Assembly: GCF_947496515.1 (NCBI RefSeq)
Contig: NZ_CANMDB010000012.1
Span: forward strand, 93,934 to 117,933
From: an uncultured Roseobacter sp.
GTDB taxonomy: Bacteria; Pseudomonadota; Alphaproteobacteria; Rhodobacterales; Rhodobacteraceae
Direction of reading: 5' to 3'
Length of the DNA: 24,000 nucleotides
A program made the translations under genes and the position numbers. The notes under the pieces were generated by a model. That model had not been told where the DNA came from. It did no database searches and saw only the letters and a program-made list of their open reading frames with translations. Each line of letters opens with the position of its first letter. Position 1 is the first letter of the stretch. Below are positions 1 to 7,054 of this stretch, piece by piece.

Positions 1-2400
1 GGCGCTGATCGCATGAACGGCGGCGAGGGCAACGACGTGTATATCTGGTCCCGGGGAGACGGCAACGATACAATCAACGATACATCGACATCACTGAGTG
101 AGGTTGACGTCCTGAAACTGGAGAATGTGGACGTCAAGGATGCAGATCTATCGCAGGTCGGTAGCAATCTGGTCATTACCATCGTCCCAACCGGCGAAAG
201 CCTGACTGATACCAATCGCTTCCAGTCTGCTACACTCGGGTATGGCCTCGAAGTTCTGGCGTTTGCGGATGGATCCCTGGTTGAAGTTCTCAACCAGCCG
301 GTGGCTGAAACGGTCATCACTGGGACCAGTGCTTCGAATACGCTGGTCGGATGGGGCTTCAAAGACCGGATCTTTGGGCTTGAAGGCAATGACACGCTGG
401 ACGGCAAAGGCGGAGACGATCGGCTCGAAGGCGGCGAAGGCGTGGATCTGCTCAAAGGAGGCGGTGGGAACGACCGCTACATATGGACAACAGGAGATGG
501 CAGCGACACCATCGATGACAGTGCAACGTCTTTAAGTGACATCGATACGCTGGTGCTTACTGATGTGTCCTCGACAGAGGTGACGCTCACCCGACCTAAT
601 GACGCTACGTTTAACTTGCTCATTACAATGGACGGAAGCCCCGAAGTACTCACGATCAAAAAGCACTTCGCCTACTACGACACGCGGGGTACGGGCATCG
701 AAGCCATTGAGTTCAGCGACGGCGTTATCTGGACCAAAGATGAGATCGAGGCAAAGACTAAGATTTACGGTACCGCTGCCAATGATACGTCGATCCAGAT
801 CAGTTGGGCGGATGACCATATCTACGGGCTTGCGGGCAACGATACGCTGCGCGGCGACAAGGGTGACGATCACCTTTTTGGTGGTGAGGGCGTCGATCAC
901 CTGGACGGCGGCGTTGGCAATGACCGCTACGTCTGGACCCCCGGCGATGGCAATGACACGATCCACGACACGGCGACGTCTCTGAGTGAGGTAGATCGGC
1001 TTGTCCTGAAAAATGTGACGTCGGAAGATGTCACGCTTACCCGCCCTAACGACGCCACATTCGCTCTGCAAGTGAGGGTCGATACCACAGGTGAAATGAT
1101 CACCGTCCATCGACACTTTGCGTTCTACGATACCGAAGGGGTCGGCATCGAAGCCATTGAGTTCAGCGACGGCGTCATCTGGACCAAGGATGAGATCGAG
1201 GCAAAGACTAAGATTTACGGTACCGCTGCCAATGATACGTCGATCCAGATCAGTTGGGCGGATGACCATATCTACGGGCTTGCGGGCAACGATACGCTGC
1301 GCGGCGACAAGGGTGACGATCACCTTTTTGGTGGTGAGGGCGTCGATCACCTGGACGGCGGCGTTGGCAATGACCGCTACGTCTGGACCCCCGGCGATGG
1401 CAATGACACGATCCACGACACGGCGAGGTCTCTGAGTGAGGTAGATCGGCTTGTCCTGAAAAATGTGACGTCGGAAGATGTCACGCTTACCCGCCCTAAC
1501 GACGCCACATTCGCTCTGCAAGTGAGGGTCGATACCACAGGTGAAATGATCACCGTCCATCGACACTTTGCGTTCTACGATACCGAAGGGGTCGGCATCG
1601 AAGCCATTGAGTTCAGCGACGGCGTCATCTGGACCAAGGATGAGATCGAGGCAAAGACCACCATATCACTCACCAGTGGCAATGATGGATCCTTCTTCTA
1701 CAGCTTTGCTGGGGACAATGTCTACGGTCTCGATGGCAATGACACGCTGAAGACCCACGAAGGGGATGACACTCTTGTCGGTGGCCTTGGCGCGGATCAT
1801 CTGGACGGCCAAGACGGGATCGACACGGCGAGCTATCATCTCTCCGGGCAAGGGGTCATCGTCGATCTTGACATCTCTGGCGGACAGATCGGTGCTAATG
1901 GTGGCGAAGAGGTGGGTGATGTGCTTGTCAACATCGAGGCGCTGGAAGGCTCACTGTTCGATGATCAGCTGACGGCCGGATCCGCAGGTAGCATCCTCCG
2001 GGGGCTTTCGGGAGACGATGATCTGACAGGTGGGGCAGGTGCCGACCAAATGGATGGTGGAGAAGGCAGCGATACGCTGGTCGGCAACGACGGCTTTGAT
2101 ACCCTCGTGGGCGGAGCGGCAGACGATAGCCTGTTTGGTGGTGCCGGGAACGACCTGCTAACCGGTGGGATCGGCGCAGACGTCTTCATATTTGAGCTGA
2201 AGGATGGCAGTGATACGATCACTGACTTCGAGGATGGCATCGATCAGATTCGACTCTCCGGAACTGGGCTGAGCTTCACAGATCTTACAATCATCGGACA
2301 GAGCGGCGATGCCATGATCTCCTTTGGCACGGATAATGTGATTGTTGTCACGAACATCGACCATACCATCCTGACAGAAGCCGACTTTCAGTTCGTCTAG
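1..2400 (+). CDS. RTX-type (hemolysin-type Ca2+-binding repeat) large secreted protein, 5'-partial; probable type I secretion substrate
   Basis: The frame is open from nt 1, so the listed ATG at 13 is internal. Many GGxGxDxL/I nonapeptides, e.g. GGAGADQMDGGEGSDTLVGNDGFDTLVGGAADDSLFGGAGNDLLTGGIGADVFIF. A roughly 150-aa module recurs (GNDTLxGxxGDDxLxGGEGVDxLxGGxGNDRYxWxxGDGxDTIxD...IEAIEFSDG). No Cys-rich or TM region. The acidic, unstructured-looking C-terminus is typical of T1SS substrates. Confidence 0.9.
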   Translation, partial: GADRMNGGEGNDVYIWSRGDGNDTINDTSTSLSEVDVLKLENVDVKDADLSQVGSNLVITIVPTGESLTDTNRFQSATLGYGLEVLAFADGSLVEVLNQPVAETVITGTSASNTLVGWGFKDRIFGLEGNDTLDGKGGDDRLEGGEGVDLLKGGGGNDRYIWTTGDGSDTIDDSATSLSDIDTLVLTDVSSTEVTLTRPNDATFNLLITMDGSPEVLTIKKHFAYYDTRGTGIEAIEFSDGVIWTKDEIEAKTKIYGTAANDTSIQISWADDHIYGLAGNDTLRGDKGDDHLFGGEGVDHLDGGVGNDRYVWTPGDGNDTIHDTATSLSEVDRLVLKNVTSEDVTLTRPNDATFALQVRVDTTGEMITVHRHFAFYDTEGVGIEAIEFSDGVIWTKDEIEAKTKIYGTAANDTSIQISWADDHIYGLAGNDTLRGDKGDDHLFGGEGVDHLDGGVGNDRYVWTPGDGNDTIHDTARSLSEVDRLVLKNVTSEDVTLTRPNDATFALQVRVDTTGEMITVHRHFAFYDTEGVGIEAIEFSDGVIWTKDEIEAKTTISLTSGNDGSFFYSFAGDNVYGLDGNDTLKTHEGDDTLVGGLGADHLDGQDGIDTASYHLSGQGVIVDLDISGGQIGANGGEEVGDVLVNIEALEGSLFDDQLTAGSAGSILRGLSGDDDLTGGAGADQMDGGEGSDTLVGNDGFDTLVGGAADDSLFGGAGNDLLTGGIGADVFIFELKDGSDTITDFEDGIDQIRLSGTGLSFTDLTIIGQSGDAMISFGTDNVIVVTNIDHTILTEADFQFV
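694..1658. repeat. Tandem duplication with 450-bp (150-aa) period inside the RTX gene, about 2.1 near-identical copies
   Basis: ggcatcgaagccattgagttcagcgac occurs at 694, 1144 and 1594. By direct comparison, 721-1208 versus 1171-1658 differ at only 3 positions (t/c at 726/1176, a/g at 738/1188, c/g at 977/1427, the last giving T->R). Older diverged copies of the same module lie upstream (13-690). Confidence 0.92.
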
Positions 2401-2409
2401 TTGTCAGTT

Positions 2410-2911
2410 GGCACCGTGTTGCGCGACGGCAGTGCTTATTGACCGAACCTGGACGGTTCTGTCGCGTTAGCCAAGCTATTGGTGCGATCCTGTCTGCAAG
2501 CAGGAGCCGCCATGCCGCGTCGTGACCCGTTCAAAGGCCATCGATTTCCGAAATTATGTGATCCTGTTCGCCGTTCAGTGGTATTGCCGGTTTCCACTTT
2601 CATATCGTGAAGTTCGTGATCTTGTTGCCGAGGGTGGGATCACCGCGTCGGATCTGGATCCATAGGTCGAAGTATCTCAACAACATCGTCAAGCAGGACC
2701 ACCGGGGCGTGAAACGACGAACGCGACCAATGATCGGCTTCAAATCACTCGGATCAGCAGTGGCGACTTTGAGCGGGATTGAAACGGCGCACCTGATCAG
2801 GAAGGGGTAACTGGGCCGAGGATGCCCGTTTGACATCTTCGAAAGCCTTGCGGCGTGACGCATTCCAAACGTTCCTTTTCGGATAGCGTTCGATATCTGT
2901 GCAACAGAGCC
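2410..2911 (+). mobile_element. IS6-family insertion sequence remnant (about 0.5 kb, internally deleted) retaining both terminal inverted repeats
   Basis: Left end is GGCACCGTGTTGCG (2410-2423). Right end is tgtgcaacagagcc (2898-2911), whose reverse complement GGCTCTGTTGCACA matches the IS6/IS26/IS6100-type IR GGC(A/T)CTGTTGCA recalled from memory. The interior encodes only N- and C-terminal transposase fragments. Confidence 0.7.
2512..2810 (+). pseudogene. IS6-family transposase, frameshifted and lacking the central DDE catalytic region
   Basis: N-terminal piece MPRRDPFKGHRFP, then in the next frame NYVILFAVQWYCRFPLSYREVRDLVAEGGITASDLDP* (IS6 HTH region). It is joined directly to the C-terminal piece SKYLNNIVKQDHRGVKRRTRPMIGFKSLGSAVATLSGIETAHLIRKG (IS6 signature YLNNxxEQDHRxxKRR...GFKS). 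About 130 central residues are missing. Confidence 0.8.
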
Positions 2912-3005
2912 GTTCATCTTCAGTGATAGTCTGGAAATTGATCCGGCCTTGCTTCTTGTCAATTTATCGGCGAGAGGTGTCGAAAATCAGAAATGGAAAA
3001 GACCC

Positions 3006-3341
3006 ATGGCGAAGATAAACCTTGAAAAGATGACAATGGCGCAATTGCAGGCTCACCAAAAAGCCGTCGCAAAAGCGATTGCAAAGCTGGAAAAGCAGCA
3101 AAAGACCGAAGCTCTCAAAGCGGCCAAGACAGCTGCGAGCAAATACGGCTATTCCTTGAATGAGCTTCTTGAGTCAGCGCCGGACCCAAGTCGCGTTCGC
3201 AAAACGACCAAAGCACCAGCCAAGTATCGGCATCCGGAGAACCCCGAGGTGACCTGGACAGGTCGTGGAAGGCAGCCAGGTTGGATCAAAGAAGCCATCC
3301 AATCTGGCAAATCAGTAGACGATTTCCTGATCGCAGATTGA
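3006..3341 (+). CDS. H-NS family nucleoid-associated / xenogeneic-silencing protein
   Basis: 111 aa starting at ATG 3006 (MAKINLEKMTMAQL...) behind ggaaaag. N-terminal coiled-coil-like, Lys/Ala-rich segment. The C-terminus carries the H-NS DNA-binding signature KYRHPENPEVTWTGRGRQPGWIKEAI (TWxGRGRxPxW). Confidence 0.85.
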   Translation: MAKINLEKMTMAQLQAHQKAVAKAIAKLEKQQKTEALKAAKTAASKYGYSLNELLESAPDPSRVRKTTKAPAKYRHPENPEVTWTGRGRQPGWIKEAIQSGKSVDDFLIAD

Positions 3342-3974
3342 ATTCCTAGCACTTCCCCGCAGCCAGCGGCAGCTTAAATTCAGAAGCGTTCTTCCACGAC
3401 AAGGCGGAGTTTTTGGGCTCCTCGACGAGTGTTGTCTTCACGAGACCTAACTCATGATGTTTACGGCGCGGTTGCTATCACGTCTTCACCAAGGATCCGC
3501 GGTCGATGCGCCCAGCGAGTAAATCGCTTGGAGAAGAGTGTGGGCAGTTAATCGCCGGTAGTTTGGCAATGATCCGCTCAGTCATCTCGCTTGTTTCTTC
3601 TAGATCTTGGAGATCAATTGGACACGAGCGGGCGGGAAGCCAGGTAAAAGGTTGGTCTTTGCTGACTAAAGCGCAGGTATTTGGGCGCATGAGAGAAAGG
3701 AAATCTGCCTTTCCGATGAGCCTTTGATGCGGCCTTACGGGATGGTATCAATCGCAATTCCCTGCAACTGAATACCGACGCTCTTCGCGTGAGGATCTTG
3801 CCATATCTGACCAATTCTAATGAGAATTTCGGACCGACAGAACAATTCCCTAAAGCGCCTCGCGACGCTGCATCTGGCGATTTGTGCCACTTGATCACCA
3901 AGTGCAGGATCTGAGTTCTTGAGGCTTAATCTACGCACGCTCGGGCACTCCATCCCCGCAAAGAAACGCCCGGA

Positions 3975-4286
3975 TCAACGCTCGCTAAACAGCAGCTCAA
4001 ATACTGGCGATTTTGGCGTGATGTATGATTTATCACCCATTGATGTATGAGAAAAAATACGGTGCCATAGATTCAACCAGTGCGAGAAGTATCGATGACT
4101 GACATGGCAAGTGAAGTCGACGTGTTCGACGTCTTGAGGCTGCGAATAAACCCCCGCAAACGGGTAATTGCTCGAACGGTTCAATATGTCCTCGAGAAAC
4201 AAGATGAGGTCGTTTGGATCATCGTTGGCTTCGTGCTCGAATGGAACAATGGCGATGTCACCGAACATGTTGAACTTGATTTGCAC
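3975..4286 (-). CDS. Hypothetical protein; probably one fragment of a larger decayed minus-strand gene
   Basis: 103-aa ORF with protein-like composition (IAIVPFEHEANDDPNDLILFLEDILNR). ORF 3735..3953 follows in the same frame after a single stop. Further ORF pieces lie at 4258..4497 and 3478..3690 in other frames. No family recognised. Confidence 0.3.
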   Translation of the reverse strand: MQIKFNMFGDIAIVPFEHEANDDPNDLILFLEDILNRSSNYPFAGVYSQPQDVEHVDFTCHVSHRYFSHWLNLWHRIFSHTSMGDKSYITPKSPVFELLFSER

Positions 4287-4842
4287 GGATCAGATTGCGC
4301 GACGCGACGGTACGCCCCCGCGCGTCAAGACGCCCATCCATCCATCGGGGATCAGGTTGACGAGTGCATGTCGTCACAGATGGTGGATCATCGCTATCAA
4401 ACAAAAATAGGTGAAGATCTAGAAGCCCATTTTCCTGAGGCTGCAAGATCCGCTGAGCAGACGCCATCGGAGGATCGCAGTTGTCGGCCTTCTGCATCTC
4501 CCTGACACCGCAAAGCCGAGAACTAAGAGATCAGGGTGTTCGGTCTAGGCATTGCGAACAAAGCTGAGTCGACTATTGGCAACTTGGCAGAACTTGCAAA
4601 ACACCGGCCAGGATAGATCTCGCGACGAACGCGTTCTTTGGGCTTCGAAGGTGGAACTTTCGCCTAAGATCGAAGGTAGTGTCCTCAACCATCAGACCCC
4701 CTAGACCCGATTTCTAGTGGAGCGTATCCACGACGTGTGTAAGCGCAGACAGTCCTGACGCAGTGCCGTCCTGTGCCTCTTCCGCAGCAGCCACCGGCTC
4801 GGGCGCAAACGGTCCGTACCTGTCCGGTCGTCTCGACGGAAG

Positions 4843-5220
4843 AGGAAAGGCGGCTTCCACGCCGTTGGCGCGGACCCACCGCCTTTCCTCTTTCGTCCAT
4901 CCGTCAAGGGCCAGGTAAGTCCTTCTTGCGCGACCGATCCGACGGCTGACGAGCAAGTCAGACCTCACCGCCCCTGTCCACCGTCGGAATTGCAGAGACC
5001 GCTGCGCGGTCACGGGTTTTCTGGGCCCGCCAAAGCGGGCCGTGCGCTCCCTCACCTCCGGCATCAAAGCAAGCCGGATTTCAGGACTTCTGGCAAAGAG
5101 AATATTTGCATTTATGTCAAATATATCAGTATTTTAGATCGCCACGGCATGATAAAAAAGAGGAGTGGACTAGCCGACGACGACTGCCATCCGCAATCAC
5201 AGGTTTTGACCATGACAGCC
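4843..5220 (+). repeat. Structured leader module, copy A (two-tier hairpin, conserved blocks, RBS, start codon), upstream of the PAPS-reductase-like gene
   Basis: Collinear with copy B. Shared elements are an outer and inner hairpin, then these blocks: cttgcgcgaccga(t)ccgacggctgacgagcaag, gcccgccaaRgcgggc(c)gtgcgctccctc.c.tccggcatcaaagcaag, tgtcaaataWatcagta, aaagaggaRKggac, accatgacagcc. Confidence 0.8.
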
Positions 5221-6123
5221 GCACCACCAAAGAGCATTGAGGCGAGCATGGGGGACCATGCCCAACCTGCTTGCCAAGTCTACGTTCACCCAAGCTGGCC
5301 GCGTGTCAGCGAACCCCTCGAAGGGGCAGATCTGCGCGTGCTGTCGCTTGGTGCAGGTGTCCAGAGCACCACACTCGCCCTAATGGCCGTGCATGGCGAA
5401 ATTGGCCCAATGCCAGATGTAGCAGTCTTTGCCGATACTGAATGGGAACCCGAACCGGTCTACGAGCACCTCAGATGGCTCATGAGTGGCAACATCCTGC
5501 CGTTTCCTGTGCACCGCGTCAGTGCTGTCAATCTGCGCCAGCAAGTGATCGACAGGGGAGGGGGCAGGGCGTTTCATTTCGCTCCCCTTCTTTCTCGACA
5601 GCGGGGGCATGGGTCGCAGACAGTGTACGCGGGAAGCGAAGATCGCACCTATCCGCGCAGAAGTTCAGCGCCTACTAGGGCTCGCTAAGGGCGAACGCAC
5701 GACCAGGTTTCGCATCGAGTAGTGAATCGGTATCTCCACGGACGAAATGGGACACATGAAGGATGCGCGCGAGGCCTGGGTGACACATCGCTGGTCACTT
5801 ATCGAGGCGCGTATGTCGCGTGGCGACTGCTACGCATGACTGCAACGCCACGGATACCCAACACCCCCCAAGTCTTCCTGCATCGGCTGTCCTTACCATA
5901 GCGATGCCTTCTGGCAGCGGATGCAGTGCGAAGATCCCGTGGCTTTCAGGGATGCCGTCGCAGTTGATGCAGCTCTTCGGCAAAACGGTCGGGCGCGGGG
6001 CATGCGGCCAGGAGAATACATGTACAGATCCTATCAGCCTTTGGGAGAGGTCGACTTCGAGGCGAGGGCAGGGGGGCGTAGATGCCATTTGCGGATGAGT
6101 GCGATGGTGTTTGTGGCACCTGA
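5212..6123 (+). pseudogene. PAPS reductase / PP-loop ATPase-like protein (plasmid and phage-associated family), decayed
   Basis: N-terminus LRVLSLGAGVQSTTLALMAVHGEIGPMPDVAVFADTEWEPEPVYEHLRWL (PP-loop SxGxxS). It continues in another frame as GRFISLPFFLDSGGMGRRQCTREAKIAPIRAEVQRLLG...IE**IGISTDEMGHMKDAR...RGDCYA*LQRHGYPTPPKSSCIGCPYHSDAFW. It ends in a third frame as DECDGVCGT*. Two frameshifts sit in G-runs (about 5555-5564 and 6071-6076). Three in-frame stops: TAG 5720, TGA 5723, TGA 5837. Confidence 0.75.
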
Positions 6124-6577
6124 ACTGCAAGAGCCGGTCTGGTGGCTCACCAAGGATGGCGACCGAACCCGTTTGAGGATGTATGAGAGACACTACTCTG
6201 CCTATCGATACCGCGATGGTAGAAAGGGAAGGCTCTTTGTTGGCCCGGGTGAAAAGACTGTCCTGCGCACCAGGCGCCGAGATGCGTTCTTTGTCTGGCG
6301 AAATTTCAGCGAAGCCTCCGGTCAGACAGGCGTCAACTGCGCTGTCTTCCGTAACGAGAGCGCTCACCGATCCTCAGGCCTTATCCGACAGGCGGACCAT
6401 GTCGCTTATCACGTCTGGCCTGATGCGCGGCATTACATATACTTGGGTCCGCACGCTGTCGCCTCCCCGATAGCAGGTGTGGAACGTCGCCCATCACTTA
6501 CTCGATGTGCTGATTTTTCTGAATCGGATCAATGGGCCGCGTCACGCAACACTGATCTAAACGTCAAGCATTGCTGA
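6104..6577 (+). CDS. Hypothetical protein, start overlapping the end of the PAPS-reductase-like pseudogene
   Basis: Open frame with protein-like sequence WWLTKDGDRTRLRMYERHYSAYRYRDGRKGRLFVGPGEKTVLRTRRRDAFFVWRNFSEASGQTGVNCAVFRNES. The start is uncertain (ATG 6095/6104 or GTG 6107/6113). The C-terminal part looks less protein-like and may also be damaged. Confidence 0.45.
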   Translation: MVFVAPELQEPVWWLTKDGDRTRLRMYERHYSAYRYRDGRKGRLFVGPGEKTVLRTRRRDAFFVWRNFSEASGQTGVNCAVFRNESAHRSSGLIRQADHVAYHVWPDARHYIYLGPHAVASPIAGVERRPSLTRCADFSESDQWAASRNTDLNVKHC

Positions 6578-7054
6578 CCCAGACCGTCCATCCAGCATGG
6601 AGCTGGCTATGCCTGCCATGCGGACTCTGCCGCCATTGCCGTACCAAAAACGGATGGCCGCTGTGCGCGCTTCGCCCGGGTAACGAAAAGCTGCAACGGC
6701 GGAAAGTAGGCGTTTGCGGCGGGTGGAACCGACCACTACGGAGGGCATAAGCAGATCCACTGAACGCTACATTGAACCGCCTATAAGGGCGACAGTCGTC
6801 CTTAGGAGAGACCATTTTCCAACCTCATGTGACCGGCCTGCGGCAGATCACGACAATCATCTGGTGCGAGGCGGACGACGAAGAACATTGTAAGGTGCGA
6901 GGCCATGACAGTGGAGCGCAAGAGCCTGCACCGTCGTCTTCCGTCCCCGGTCAAGAAGGTCAATCCGTTCCGCTATTGTTCTTCTCTTCTAGATGGGCGA
7001 CAATTTGCCTATTGGCCGACATTCGTACCATCGGTGATTTGCAATGGAGATTTC

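Noticed and set aside
532-1566. 344-aa ORF antisense to the RTX gene (plus several other 60-130 aa ORFs in 242-2364)
   Set aside because: These are shadow frames of a GC-rich repetitive gene. Their internal repetition simply mirrors the 450-bp duplication. They have no motifs, and the sense strand has unmistakable RTX repeats.
4938-4987. CTGACGAG within the conserved module, resembling the hammerhead ribozyme CUGAnGA core
   Set aside because: There is no matching GAAA element, cleavage-site context or three-stem arrangement. The local stems (CCGACGG/CCGTCGG and CTGAC/GTCAG) in copy A are not preserved in copy B.
6557-6815. Two overlapping minus-strand ORFs (67 and 83 aa) between the PAPS-associated ORF and the MPE gene
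   Set aside because: They overlap each other in different frames and have no SD or motif. They may be a remnant of something, but the sequence does not support a call.
6905-7054. 50-codon N-terminal extension of the phosphoesterase ORF
   Set aside because: MPE domains begin essentially at the DxH strand (MDATIVHLSDLHF). ATG 7055 has a GGAGA SD, and the extension has no protein-like features.
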